A stretch of 64,000 nucleotides of DNA. Source: an uncultured cyanobacterium (GTDB lineage Bacteria; Cyanobacteriota; Cyanobacteriia; Cyanobacteriales; CAWCAG01). The position numbers were made by a program, and so were the translations under genes. Location of the stretch: contig CAWCAG010000009.1 in NCBI GenBank assembly GCA_963793425.1, positions 544,001 through 608,000 on the forward strand, read 5' to 3'. The notes below the pieces were generated by a model. The model worked only from the letters and a program-made list of their open reading frames with translations. It made no database searches and was not told the origin of the DNA. Positions within the stretch are counted from its first letter, which is position 1; each line of letters starts with the position of its first letter. Positions 36,869 through 47,122 of this stretch are shown piece by piece.

Positions 36869-37038
36869 AGCATTTAATTGTTCTTGGCCATTATTTATAT
36901 ATAGTTAAGCATCGATCATTTTTGACCAGAGAACAATGACCAATGACTCTTTCCTATGCTATCATTTCCCCGTTTTTCAGGAATACGGCGATTACGACTT
37001 ATCAAAGCAAAAGTATTATTGCTGTCGTTATCTATTTT

Positions 37039-37623
37039 TTACCATTCCTCAGTTAAACTCTGATAATCAAACTTAGCAATACCTGTATGACAGCTAGCAC
37101 AGTTGTTAAGGCGTATCGGTTTAGGTAAGTTTACTTTAGGGTGGAGAGCTTGGAAATAGCGAGACTGAGATACCCGTTCTGGCTTATCCTCTCCTTCTTT
37201 GAGAGGGCGGGAATAGTCCCGAATATAAGACCACATAATGCGGATATCTAAAGAATTCATTTTGGGCAGTTTTTGGCCATAATGATCATTTGGTTGTAGT
37301 AAAATTTGTCGCCAACTTTCTGTGGGCAAAACTGCTGGGGGCAAAGGAATATGACAGCTAGCGCAGTTATTTAAGTAAAGTTTCTGGGCCATTTCATAGC
37401 GACTAGGAAGATTCTCTAGATCAAGGCTTTTTTGTCCTGGTTTAATGCTATTTATCTCTAAATCTGCTACAGAGGATTCAGAGGGAGAGGAGGATACAGG
37501 AAGACGAGGAGAATCTAAGGCAACAGCCATACCCCAACCCAAAACTATTCCCCATAATAAAAATAACAGCAAGAAAACTGTAACAACATTCCTAGTTTTT
37601 CTTTTTCTCCAAGGTCTTTTCAT
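37039..37623 (-). CDS. Diheme cytochrome c (DHC) with N-terminal membrane anchor
   Basis: Two CASCH heme motifs; PPAVLPTESW...HYG. Confidence 0.85.
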   Translation of the reverse strand: MKRPWRKRKTRNVVTVFLLLFLLWGIVLGWGMAVALDSPRLPVSSSPSESSVADLEINSIKPGQKSLDLENLPSRYEMAQKLYLNNCASCHIPLPPAVLPTESWRQILLQPNDHYGQKLPKMNSLDIRIMWSYIRDYSRPLKEGEDKPERVSQSRYFQALHPKVNLPKPIRLNNCASCHTGIAKFDYQSLTEEW

Positions 37624-37663
37624 AAAAGCATCAACATTAAACATTGAACATTAAACATTGTTC

Positions 37664-37687
37664 GGCTTGCCGTTGTCGTAGACATCA
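37664..37687 (-). repeat. 24-bp small dispersed repeat, copy 1
   Basis: TGATGTCTACGACAACGGCAAGCC on the minus strand; 22/24 identical to 43253-43276; next to (AACATTR)4. Confidence 0.7.
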
Positions 37688-38614
37688 CTGATGATCCACT
37701 GGAATCGATCTCAACAATCTATCTACCACTGTTCGCCCTTGTCTCCCTCCAGCAGGAATGAGACGATGACAAAGTACGTGGGGGGCCATGAATTTAACGT
37801 CATCGGGGATCACATAGTCCCGTTCTGAGAGAAACGCTAAAGCTTGAGTCGCTTTTTGTAGGGCTACTGTTCCCCTTGGAGATACTCCTAAAGTAATTTC
37901 TTCATCCTCGCGGGAGGCTCTTACTAAGTTGAGGATATAGCGCTGTATGCTAGGTTTAACCTTCACTTTCTTCACTAACTGCTGCAAATTTTGGATTGCT
38001 TCTACAGATATACAAGGTTTTAGCTCATCAACAGTAATATTTTCCTGTTGCCTCTGCAACATCTGTAATTCCTCTGCTTCTGTAGGATAACCAAGGCTAA
38101 AAGAAAGGGCGAAACGATCCATTTGGGCTTCGGGTAAAGGGAAAGTTCCTTGATATTCAATGGGGTTTTGGGTGGCGATAACGAAGAAAGGTTGGGGAAC
38201 TTTGCGAGGATAACCATCCACAGTTACCTGCTTCTCTTCCATTACCTCCAATAAAGCTGATTGGGTTCTGGGGGTGGCGCGGTTAATTTCATCAGCTAAA
38301 AGAATGTTAGCAAAAACTGGCCCTGACATAAATTCAAATTCTCGACTGCTGGGGTTCCAAATGTTAGTTCCGGTGATGTCACTAGGTAGGAGATCCGGAG
38401 TACATTGAACCCGCTGAAATTTGCCGTTGAGAGAACGGGCTAAAGATTTGGCCAAAAGAGTTTTACCAACCCCAGGAACATCTTCTAATAAAGCGTGTCC
38501 TTCGCAAAGCAGGGCGATTAAGACTAAGCGAATCGCCTGATCTTTACCAACAATGGTACGCCCTAAGTTGTCAGTTAATCTTTTAATTGTCCCTTTGGTG
38601 GTTTCATCGATCAT
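37685..38614 (-). CDS. MoxR family AAA+ ATPase
   Basis: LLEDVPGVGKT, LADEINRA, ATQNPIE and LPEAQMDRF motifs. Confidence 0.93.
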   Translation of the reverse strand: MIDETTKGTIKRLTDNLGRTIVGKDQAIRLVLIALLCEGHALLEDVPGVGKTLLAKSLARSLNGKFQRVQCTPDLLPSDITGTNIWNPSSREFEFMSGPVFANILLADEINRATPRTQSALLEVMEEKQVTVDGYPRKVPQPFFVIATQNPIEYQGTFPLPEAQMDRFALSFSLGYPTEAEELQMLQRQQENITVDELKPCISVEAIQNLQQLVKKVKVKPSIQRYILNLVRASREDEEITLGVSPRGTVALQKATQALAFLSERDYVIPDDVKFMAPHVLCHRLIPAGGRQGRTVVDRLLRSIPVDHQ

Positions 38615-38725
38615 TAGTTGTTTCGCAGTGCATTACCCAATTTTAAGTTCTATACTAACTTTTCTGTTGGAATCGCCAACTAAGTCTAAGATTATGGTCT
38701 ACAATCTCTTTATTATTAACCATAG

Positions 38726-39298
38726 TCAAATCTTCGCTAAGGTTACATCCTCATACAAAGCATCAATGCTAGTGCGAAAACCGATACTTTCAAGATAAAC
38801 TTCACTACCTGGAGAATAGAATTGCAAGACCCAAAGTCCTTCTTTGTTACGGCGAAAGCAATCTAAGCGTTGACGCTTTTGGCTGATTAAGACATATTCG
38901 CGCAAGCTTTCTAATTGTTGATAGTCAGAAAATTTATCACCCCGATCAAAACCTTCTGTTTTGGGAGATAAAACTTCGATAATTAAGCAAGGATGTTTTT
39001 TATAGTGAGAAAATTCTTGATCTGTTCGGTCACAAGTGACTAGAATGTCAGGATAATAAAAAGTATTTAGTGTTTCAATGTGGACTTTCATGTCTGCCAT
39101 ATAAGCACGACAGCCACTACCTCGCACATGATTTCTTAACAGTGAAGCAAGGTTAAGGCAAATGGTTACATGGGCATCACTTGCCCCAGCCATAGCATAA
39201 ATCTGTCCATCAATATACTCATGTTTAATGAAACTATCTTCTTCTTTAGCTAGATATTCTTGTGGAGAAAGATGATTTTGGCTTTTACTAGCAATCAT
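38726..39298 (-). CDS. Uma2 family endonuclease-like protein
   Basis: HEYIDGQIYAMAG, YYPDI, IIEVLS and EYVLISQ motifs. Confidence 0.9.
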   Translation of the reverse strand: MIASKSQNHLSPQEYLAKEEDSFIKHEYIDGQIYAMAGASDAHVTICLNLASLLRNHVRGSGCRAYMADMKVHIETLNTFYYPDILVTCDRTDQEFSHYKKHPCLIIEVLSPKTEGFDRGDKFSDYQQLESLREYVLISQKRQRLDCFRRNKEGLWVLQFYSPGSEVYLESIGFRTSIDALYEDVTLAKI

Positions 39299-39429
39299 GG
39301 TTTTGACTAGACAGTAACTCTATGAGTATATCAACTGCGATCTCAGGAAAAACTCTTCCAGGATGCAGGAGGGGATTTTGAGATATAGCAGCCATATACC
39401 TGTACAATAAACTGCCCTCATATAAAGAT

Positions 39430-41232
39430 TCAGATTGCTTTCGCCAAGCGCTTTTTAATTGTCCCTAAAACCTCTTCTAACTGCACATCCTCAGACTTTT
39501 TGGTTGCCCTTTCTACTAACTCTACCTTGCCTTCTTGTAAAGAACGTCCGGTTACAATACGATAGGGAATACCAATTAAATCTGCATCCTTAAACTTAAC
39601 TCCGGCCCTTTCTTTGCGGTCATCAAGTAAGGTTTCTATTCCTGCTTGGTTTAATTCCTCATATAACTTTTGTGCTGCTGTCATTTGCTCTTCATTGTTA
39701 ATATTGGGAACGGTAATAATGACTTGATAAGGTGCGATCGCAATGGGCCAAATAATACCATCTTTATCATAGGATTGCTCCACGGCAGCTTGAGCCAAAC
39801 GAGAAACCCCCACCCCATAACAACCCATCCATAAAGGAAAGGATTTCCCTTCTTCATTGGTATAGGTTGCTCCCATAGCCTCAGAATATTTAGTTCCTAG
39901 TTGAAAGATATGCCCTACCTCAATACCCCTAGCGCTTTGCAGAATTTGTTCGGGGTTATGAATAGCGCGATCGCCTGCTGTTGCTTTCCGCAAGTCTACC
40001 ACCGCTTCCGGTAGGGTAAATTCTTGCCCCCAGTTGGCTCCCACAACGTGATAACCTAGTTCATTCGCCCCCGTAACGAAGTTTTTGACCTCAACAACGG
40101 TTGAGTCTGCCAGCCGGAGAAACTGGCGAGCAACATCATCTACTTTTTTGATGTAATCATCCTTAAGATCCGGGGCAATGTAACCTAAAGGTAAGGGTTT
40201 GGCTGCCCATTTTCTTTGAGCATTTTCATCAGGTACATTAAGAGCAAGAATAGTATTCGCCTGGTAATTTCTGGCTAATTTGACCAATTCGTTTTGTAAC
40301 TTCACCTCATTAACATCCTGATCTCCACGAATGTTAACCAAAACCAATACAGTCATGCCGTTGTCATAAACAGCTTCATATAAAACATTCTTAATCGCTA
40401 CGGTAGGAGAGCATTTTAGGAAATCACACATGGTAGCAATAGTTGCTGTGTTCGGAGTTTCTCGCTTTTCGTAGTTAGTAAAAGGAGATGCTTCTCTTTC
40501 TGGGGGTAAAGAAGTCGCTTTCTCCACATTGGCAGCATAGCTACCATCTTCGGTGTAGAGGACTTCATCTTCCCCTGCTTCTGCCAACACCATAAATTCT
40601 TGAGAACCAGAACCACCAATAGCTCCAGAGTCTGCTTCAACGGCGCGAAAAGCCAAGCCAGAACGGGTAAGCATCTTGCGATAGGCCTGATCCATTGCTT
40701 GGTAAGTTTCTTTCAAACTCTCTTCATCGCCATGAAAAGAATAGCCATCTTTCATAATAAATTCCCGCCCCCGCATCAAACCAAAACGAGGTCGAATTTC
40801 ATCACGAAATTTAGTTTGAATTTGATAAAGATGAAGGGGAAGCTGGCGGTAGGAACGGATGGTATCTTTGGCAATAGTGGTAATAACTTCCTCATGGGTA
40901 GGCCCCAGTGCCAATTGCCTTTCCTGCCTATCAGTAAGGGAAAACATAATCCCTTCTGCTTTAGTATAAGTATCCCAACGTCCTGACTCTTGCCACAATT
41001 CTGAAGGTTGTAGCTGGGGCAGCAAACATTCTTGGGCCCCGGTAGCGTTCATTTCTTCGCGAACAATTTGAGAGACTTTTTGTAACACCCGCCACATCAA
41101 GGGTAAGTAAGCATAAACTCCACTACCAATGCGCCGAATATAACCTGCACGGAGTAAAAGCTGATGGCTAGGAATTTCTGCTTCCCTTGGCGCTTCCCGC
41201 AGGGTGACAAACAGCATTTGAGACAGTCGCAT
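39430..41232 (-). CDS. proS: Proline--tRNA ligase
   Basis: [35 protein letters not shown] and [10 protein letters not shown] motifs. Confidence 0.97.
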   Translation of the reverse strand: MRLSQMLFVTLREAPREAEIPSHQLLLRAGYIRRIGSGVYAYLPLMWRVLQKVSQIVREEMNATGAQECLLPQLQPSELWQESGRWDTYTKAEGIMFSLTDRQERQLALGPTHEEVITTIAKDTIRSYRQLPLHLYQIQTKFRDEIRPRFGLMRGREFIMKDGYSFHGDEESLKETYQAMDQAYRKMLTRSGLAFRAVEADSGAIGGSGSQEFMVLAEAGEDEVLYTEDGSYAANVEKATSLPPEREASPFTNYEKRETPNTATIATMCDFLKCSPTVAIKNVLYEAVYDNGMTVLVLVNIRGDQDVNEVKLQNELVKLARNYQANTILALNVPDENAQRKWAAKPLPLGYIAPDLKDDYIKKVDDVARQFLRLADSTVVEVKNFVTGANELGYHVVGANWGQEFTLPEAVVDLRKATAGDRAIHNPEQILQSARGIEVGHIFQLGTKYSEAMGATYTNEEGKSFPLWMGCYGVGVSRLAQAAVEQSYDKDGIIWPIAIAPYQVIITVPNINNEEQMTAAQKLYEELNQAGIETLLDDRKERAGVKFKDADLIGIPYRIVTGRSLQEGKVELVERATKKSEDVQLEEVLGTIKKRLAKAI

Positions 41233-41350
41233 TGCTTAGTTACCTTAATCTAGACCAGAGAACTATTATTTCATTTAGTCTATGGCATTGGGGAAGTTAT
41301 ACCAAATTTGTGTTTGAAGTATAAAGCTCTCAAACCCTGCTGCCTGTCCC

Positions 41351-43213
41351 CTACTCCCCACTCCCTCCCCCAACAGATTTGTTATACCCTCGTGGGGTAA
41401 TCAGCCAGTTGGCATAATTTTGGGTACTGCAATTGCCAATTAAAACTGTGGTTAACATATCAATAGAATGTTCCAGCATCTTTCCTAAAGTAGTGATGAT
41501 AATTTCTTCATCTTGACGGTAAGCAGAACGAACCAAAGCCACAGGAGTATTGGCATCGCGATATTTTAAAAAAGTCTTTTGGGCAATCTCGATTTGTTTA
41601 GTACGAGATTGAGAACGGGGATTGTAAATTGCTGTGACAAAATCAGCTTGTGCCGCTGCTACTAAACGCTTAGCAATTACTTCCCAAGGAGTGAGTAAAT
41701 CGCTTAAACTAATGGCACAAAAATCGTGCATCAAAGGTGTACCTACCCTTGCTGCCGCAGCTTGTAGGGCGCTAATGCCAGGAAATACTGTTACCCCTGG
41801 AGTTTCACCATCCCAGCCTCCTGCTTCGAGTTCCTCCATCACCAATCCTGCCATACCATAAATCCCGGCATCCCCAGAAGATACTACCGCTACGGTTAAA
41901 CCCCAATTCGCTAATTCAATGGCCCGTTGCGCCCGTTGCCTTTCTTGAGTGATGGGGAAACTTTCTTGAATTTGTCCTGGGCGGCGGAGGGGTTTAATTA
42001 AATTAAGGTACAAAGAATAACCGATAATTGCATCCGCTTCCGTCACCGCAGTTTGGGCTGTGGGAGTCATTTGCCCTAAATCTCCTGGCCCCATACCTAC
42101 CAGAAATAATTTTCCTTGACCCCCAGTATATTCCCATTGAGACTGTGCAACCGCTACGGTTACAGCCCCCGCTTCCCCTTCTAGGCGAAAGATTTGTTTA
42201 GGAACAAGCAGAGAAGGGTTTTGAGTAGCCAAAATAGCTGCGGCTTCAGCCACACTAGGGGTTCCCACTTCTTGATTAACTACTGGGGAGGGTGTGGGTA
42301 CTGTCACTTTCTCCAAAGCATCAGCCTGAAAGGTTTGTAAGGGAAAACTCCGTTCCTTACATAAACTTAAAATGCCTAATTCATCAGCTTTAAGATCAAT
42401 GGTTGCAATACCTGCAATCGCCTCTGTTGCCAGATGATAGCGTTGGAAAACTTCCTCTAAGGCAGTTTCCATTACTAATTGAGAAGTACCCCGTTCGCAA
42501 CCCATACCAACCCAAAGAACACGAGGATGCCATTGCACTTTGGGAATATCTGTTTCCGGTGAAAATCTGCGTTTAGTGAAACTAATCCAGATTCTACCTT
42601 GAGGTTGCACCTGATTCTTACCCAGTTCAGGAAAACCAAATTGAAAAGAATGCTTGGGGGGTAAATGTTTTTGCCACAGGGTGGAACCCACTTCTTGAAT
42701 AACTTCTACTACCTCTGTACGGGCTACAGCCGCACTAACTCCTGTCCAATCTCCTTCTCCTTTGCGCCAACCAAAAGGAAGCCCCATGACATCAATTCCT
42801 GGCAAATCCAAGCTTGCTGCGGCCCCCGTTAAAATAGGTGTTGCCCCCAACTGCTTAGCAATTAAGCGAGTTAAAACATCTGCCCCTCCTTGATGCCCAC
42901 TACACAAACTAATGACAAAACGTCCTTCTTGATCTAGTACTACCACCCCAGGATCACTAGATTTATCTTTTAAAAGAGGAGCAATTAACCTTACCGCTGC
43001 CCCAGTAGCTAAGCAAAAAACTAAGCCCTGGTGATTCTCCCACAGGGAGGCTAAACAAGCTTGTAAAGAGCCTTGGTATACCTGGACATTATCTAAATCA
43101 CGAAGAGATATAGGAACCCAAATTTTTATTCCTAAAGGTTGTAATTTGGTAACGGCATTAGGAGTTGTTGCGATCGCCGCTAAGGGCTGGAAGGAAGAGA
43201 GAAGCATTAGCAA
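41351..43213 (-). CDS. cobJ: CbiG-CobJ fusion (precorrin-3B C17-methyltransferase)
   Basis: CbiG motifs (GAAVR, SGHQGGA, GCERG, SVAEAAA) followed by VGMGPG, SSGDAGIYGMA and ISLSDLLTPW. Confidence 0.9.
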   Translation of the reverse strand: MLMLLSSFQPLAAIATTPNAVTKLQPLGIKIWVPISLRDLDNVQVYQGSLQACLASLWENHQGLVFCLATGAAVRLIAPLLKDKSSDPGVVVLDQEGRFVISLCSGHQGGADVLTRLIAKQLGATPILTGAAASLDLPGIDVMGLPFGWRKGEGDWTGVSAAVARTEVVEVIQEVGSTLWQKHLPPKHSFQFGFPELGKNQVQPQGRIWISFTKRRFSPETDIPKVQWHPRVLWVGMGCERGTSQLVMETALEEVFQRYHLATEAIAGIATIDLKADELGILSLCKERSFPLQTFQADALEKVTVPTPSPVVNQEVGTPSVAEAAAILATQNPSLLVPKQIFRLEGEAGAVTVAVAQSQWEYTGGQGKLFLVGMGPGDLGQMTPTAQTAVTEADAIIGYSLYLNLIKPLRRPGQIQESFPITQERQRAQRAIELANWGLTVAVVSSGDAGIYGMAGLVMEELEAGGWDGETPGVTVFPGISALQAAAARVGTPLMHDFCAISLSDLLTPWEVIAKRLVAAAQADFVTAIYNPRSQSRTKQIEIAQKTFLKYRDANTPVALVRSAYRQDEEIIITTLGKMLEHSIDMLTTVLIGNCSTQNYANWLITPRGYNKSVGGGSGE

Positions 43214-43252
43214 TCAATGATCAGTTATCAATGATCAATGATCAGTGATCAT

Positions 43253-43276
43253 TGATGCCTACGGCAACGGCAAGCC
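43253..43276 (+). repeat. 24-bp small dispersed repeat, copy 2
   Basis: TGATGCCTACGGCAACGGCAAGCC following an (ATCAATG)n heptamer array at about 43213-43253. Confidence 0.7.
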
Positions 43277-43286
43277 TTAGATTATT

Positions 43287-44075
43287 TTAGTTTTTTAGCC
43301 GCTGACAAAATTTTGACACTTCCGATATGTAGCTAGTTTGTTGGGGATAGGTTACTTTTGGTCTGGCGATGGTGATTAAGGGTATGCCTAATTCTTGAGA
43401 CAGGGAACGTTTAAGGGCTTCTCCTCCTGCTTTGCCTGAAGCTTTGGTTACTACTAAAGAAATTTCCCATTGCTGCCACAAAGCTTTTTCTAATTCTCTA
43501 CTTAAAGGAGGGCGAATAGCGATGAGGCGGTGGTTGGTAAATCCGGCTTTTAAAGCAACTTGTAGTGATTCTAGGCTGGGTAAAATTCGGGCGAAAAGAG
43601 TGGCTTGGTTTTGCCAGGGTTGAAATAAAGGCAAGGCTTGATAACCAACGGTTAAAAGTACTCGCTGCCCGGTAAGATAATTTCCTTGGAGAAGGGTAGC
43701 AAAATTAGCTAACCGATTCTCTCCTTCATTTTCAATTAAACTTGGGCGTTCGTAGCGTAAATAAGGTAGATTTTGTTGAGAAGCTACGGCGATCGCCCTT
43801 TGGGAAATTTCCGTAGCGTAGGGATGGGAAGCATCAACGATGCCTTTAATACTCCGTTCCCTCAAAAAAGCCTTAATCTCTTGCTGATTAAGTTTACCCA
43901 CCACTACCTCAAAATAAGGTAGCTGAGGATAAAGGGAACGGGCAGATTCTGTTGTCACCGTAATGAGACAAGCTATATTCTTCCCAACCAGCGATCGCGC
44001 CACTTCCGCACTCTCACTAGTACCCCCAATCAGCCAAATATATTGATTAGACCTATTTAATAAGCTATTTGGCAT
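43287..44075 (-). CDS. cobK: Cobalt-precorrin-6A reductase
   Basis: IGGTSE, VDASHPYA, YLRYER and VVTKASG motifs. Confidence 0.9.
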   Translation of the reverse strand: MPNSLLNRSNQYIWLIGGTSESAEVARSLVGKNIACLITVTTESARSLYPQLPYFEVVVGKLNQQEIKAFLRERSIKGIVDASHPYATEISQRAIAVASQQNLPYLRYERPSLIENEGENRLANFATLLQGNYLTGQRVLLTVGYQALPLFQPWQNQATLFARILPSLESLQVALKAGFTNHRLIAIRPPLSRELEKALWQQWEISLVVTKASGKAGGEALKRSLSQELGIPLITIARPKVTYPQQTSYISEVSKFCQRLKN

Positions 44076-44126
44076 AGTCGTTTAGTTTGGGGTTTCAATT
44101 AAACAAACCCTTCCTCATAAACAGTT

Positions 44127-45716
44127 TTAGCTATCCCCTCGGTTTGCCATCTTAGTAAAGCGATATATATTAAAGTAAGGAAAACCAACCTGAGATTTCA
44201 AAGCGTATAAAGAACTCATCTCTTCTTCAGCATCTCTTTTTCGTCCCCAATAAAATTCACGATTAAGCACTAAAAAGACGGTCTTAGCATTTTGGCTTAA
44301 GCTATTAACTTGTTGAGCAAGGTTTTTCCCTTTTATATTTTCTAACTCGGATTTAGTTCCATCTAAAGTTAATGTATCACCATAGTATCTCAATAGCCTT
44401 AAGTGTCCCCACAATAGTATAGATTGCACTGAATCACCTTTGTTTTCTTGGATATATTGTGCCGCAGCACGATAGTCATCTCTGGCATAGTTTTGATTAA
44501 AATAATATTGAAAATTGCTGTAGACATTTAAAATCAACAAAAGTATAACAGCAAATTTTCCTAGCTGAGAAAATCTTGAAGTCTTAGTACTTTTTGAATT
44601 CTGTCTGTCAATAAAAGCTGAAGGTAAAATAATAGCTAGGGGCAGACAGGCATAAAAAGCATGACGTGGGACAAAGTTTATTTTCGTGGCGATAGCAAAG
44701 AATAAGCTCAGGAAAAACAACAGAACTAAAAGTAAACTAAAAAACCTGTTTAATTTCTTATATTTAAGAGAATCACGACTAATAAATAAAACTCGAAATA
44801 AAGCAACTAGAATTATCGAAATAACAATAGATAATATGAGCAAATGAGGCCAGTAATTAAGTACAACCTGTACCCTATCTTGGCCACGTAACTGCTCCAT
44901 CGGTGGTCCATAACTTGTTCCCACTAGTAAGCCATAAATAACGAAAAGAGCGTTTTGAATAATAGGAAAACCTTGCCGACTAACTGGAATGCTGGTTGGA
45001 TTAGTTGCATCAGGTAGAGTAAAATAATAGATAAATACTGGTACACAGAAAAGCACGGCAGGAATCCACCAGGTTAGCCATTGTTTGAGATTTCTGTAAG
45101 TTATAAGGTAAGAAATAGCTAAAGACGTAGAAAAGATTACCATTAGAATATTACCGAAAAGTCCTATGGCGGTAAAAATCCAAAAACCGAACTTAAAATA
45201 TTTTGTCTTCTTGCTTTCTTCTGTATATAAAGCTTCTGTAAAAAAAAATAGTTGCAGGGAGGTCAAGAAAATAAGCAGCGAATAATTTCTCACTTCTTGG
45301 CTATGATAAACGCAGAAAGAGCTTAATGCTAATATCAAAGATGACCAAATAGCCTGTTTTTTGCCGTAAATACGTAACACGGTAAAAAAGAGCGCAATTA
45401 CCGAGAAAATCCCCAAAAAAACAGAAAGTGAGCGAAGGGCAAACTCAGTATCACCAAAAACCTCACGCCAACAAAACAGCACTATAGGGTACAAAGGACA
45501 AAATCTGTTACTATCTCCCGCTTCTCCACCTAGTTCCCTAACCTTGGAAATACTTTCTAAAAGTGATGAAGCATCAGAGTAAGATAAACTCCATCCTTCA
45601 TCAAACCAAAGACTCTGATGCGTAAGCATAAAGAAGCGTAGAACAATGCTTACGATCATTATTAAACTAATAGAAAAATAGTATTTGAAGGATTTTTGAT
45701 TGATAATTTCATTCAT
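44127..45716 (-). CDS. GT39/GT83-like (PMT_2) membrane glycosyltransferase
   Basis: SLWFDE, PLY, E.ALRSLS and SQEVRNY motifs; many TM segments. Confidence 0.8.
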   Translation of the reverse strand: MNEIINQKSFKYYFSISLIMIVSIVLRFFMLTHQSLWFDEGWSLSYSDASSLLESISKVRELGGEAGDSNRFCPLYPIVLFCWREVFGDTEFALRSLSVFLGIFSVIALFFTVLRIYGKKQAIWSSLILALSSFCVYHSQEVRNYSLLIFLTSLQLFFFTEALYTEESKKTKYFKFGFWIFTAIGLFGNILMVIFSTSLAISYLITYRNLKQWLTWWIPAVLFCVPVFIYYFTLPDATNPTSIPVSRQGFPIIQNALFVIYGLLVGTSYGPPMEQLRGQDRVQVVLNYWPHLLILSIVISIILVALFRVLFISRDSLKYKKLNRFFSLLLVLLFFLSLFFAIATKINFVPRHAFYACLPLAIILPSAFIDRQNSKSTKTSRFSQLGKFAVILLLILNVYSNFQYYFNQNYARDDYRAAAQYIQENKGDSVQSILLWGHLRLLRYYGDTLTLDGTKSELENIKGKNLAQQVNSLSQNAKTVFLVLNREFYWGRKRDAEEEMSSLYALKSQVGFPYFNIYRFTKMANRGDS

Positions 45717-45856
45717 AGCCTATAGACCCAAGTTTGACAAAAACACTAGGAGTCAAGGCTGCTATTTTTATTCTTCTTATCTATCTATCTACATTATTTA
45801 CTTTGGACATTGATGGTTCGGCAAAGAGAAGTAGAAATTAATGAGTATTCAGCTAA

Positions 45857-45892
45857 ATATTTCTCTATTTCTCTATTTCTCTATTTCTCTAT
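45857..45892. repeat. Octamer tandem repeat (TATTTCTC)4
   Basis: Seen directly in the sequence. Confidence 0.85.
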
Positions 45893-45919
45893 TGCCTGTT
45901 TCTCCCCACCTGCCTTAAC

Positions 45920-46100
45920 CAAAAATGAAACAGCCTTACCTATGCTTTTAGGATGGCATTCCCTAAATAGGAAATGTACTAGGTTCCCAGTTCAGGAACA
46001 TCCTAATAGTTCCCGATTTCTCGGCTGTTGTTGTATACCTTACGATACAGTTTCATAGACTGTTTTCTCCCTACTCGCTAACCTAGCTTCAATAGGGAGT
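45920..46100 (-). ncRNA. Candidate structured RNA (unassigned family)
   Basis: Nested complementary segments with GUAA and GAAA tetraloops on the minus strand; folded by eye only. Confidence 0.55.
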
Positions 46101-46125
46101 CTAAATGTCTCACAAATCCCTAACT

Positions 46126-46320
46126 TTATCTACCTTTGAGGGCTTTTTGGAAATTGTGGCGATAAGATTTATTAACAATTAGCAAAGCGGGCCAAAAGGC
46201 TGCTAAGAGAAAGCGATTAGCAAAGGTAGGGACAAAATTAGTTCTTTTAAATCCTTGCCAAAACTTAATAGCTCCCCAAATATACATGATCAGCAGAACT
46301 ATACCTAAAAATTTAACCAT
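46126..46320 (-). CDS. Small membrane protein
   Basis: 64 aa, two hydrophobic segments, GGAG RBS upstream. Confidence 0.7.
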   Translation of the reverse strand: MVKFLGIVLLIMYIWGAIKFWQGFKRTNFVPTFANRFLLAAFWPALLIVNKSYRHNFQKALKGR

Positions 46321-46423
46321 TTATCTAACTCCCTATTGGTTCTTTCTCGTCTTCTTCTCTAATTTTAACCAATTGAGAAATGAGACTTGGAAAATCAGTA
46401 AAAGCTGAGTAGTACTATGCTCC

Positions 46424-47122
46424 TTATTCGAGATAATTCAATCTTGCCACAGGTTCCCAAGCTAGTACATCCTGGAGTAAAGCTTGATACCCTTGTACAT
46501 TGGGATGAAGCCCATCTGCACTGAGATGAGGCGTAAGCCAATCTTTTCCTCGTTTTAACCAAAGATCAAAAATATCTAAGTAAGGTATTTTCCTCTCTTC
46601 ACAAGCTTTGCGAGTCATTTCTTTGTAAAGATATTGATTCTGGTGACTATAGTATAGGCAGTCGAGAAAAGGCATTCTCTGCTCATTTACTGGAACCATA
46701 CCCACAAATAGTACAGGACATAGCCCCTTAGCACTGTCTAATAATTGCGCGAGTTGGTATTGAAAAACTTCTTCTTCAGTAAAATGTTTGCCTTTGCTAT
46801 GACCTAAGCGGGGAGAATCATTAACTCCTACTGATAACATAATTAAATCTGGCAAGCTGTTACGCAATTCCCCACGGGTACGAAACTCTTGTTCTAGGCG
46901 TTGGGAAACTTGAATGACTCCATCCCCCCTAATACCAAGATTATAGAGAACATGACCCGGACTTTCCGAAGACATCCACTGGCGGCGCAATCTTTCTACC
47001 CAGCCACCACCGACGGGATCACCGAATCCATAAATTAAACTGTCTCCCAGGGCGATAAGTTTCAAAGGCTGGCTTTGGCTTTGAGGAGTTGGTGCAAAAT
47101 TAGGGGGGAATAATGTTTGCAT
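46424..47122 (-). CDS. GDSL/SGNH esterase-lipase
   Basis: ALGDSL, NLGIRGD, GVND and DGLHP blocks. Confidence 0.9.
   Translation of the reverse strand: MQTLFPPNFAPTPQSQSQPLKLIALGDSLIYGFGDPVGGGWVERLRRQWMSSESPGHVLYNLGIRGDGVIQVSQRLEQEFRTRGELRNSLPDLIMLSVGVNDSPRLGHSKGKHFTEEEVFQYQLAQLLDSAKGLCPVLFVGMVPVNEQRMPFLDCLYYSHQNQYLYKEMTRKACEERKIPYLDIFDLWLKRGKDWLTPHLSADGLHPNVQGYQALLQDVLAWEPVARLNYLE

Noticed and set aside
38726..39298. Uma2 nuclease plus MoxR as a defence system
   Set aside because: Both families are common and scattered in cyanobacteria; no vWA partner or other defence genes adjacent
45810..46058. 82-aa plus-strand ORF
   Set aside because: TTG start, runs through an octamer repeat and antisense to the structured element; no recognisable protein features
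45920..46100. 6S RNA or cobalamin riboswitch assignment (cob genes lie downstream)
   Set aside because: The fold is multi-branched rather than a rod with a central bubble, and no B12-box or CCCGCAACTGT-like motif is seen; needs Rfam confirmation
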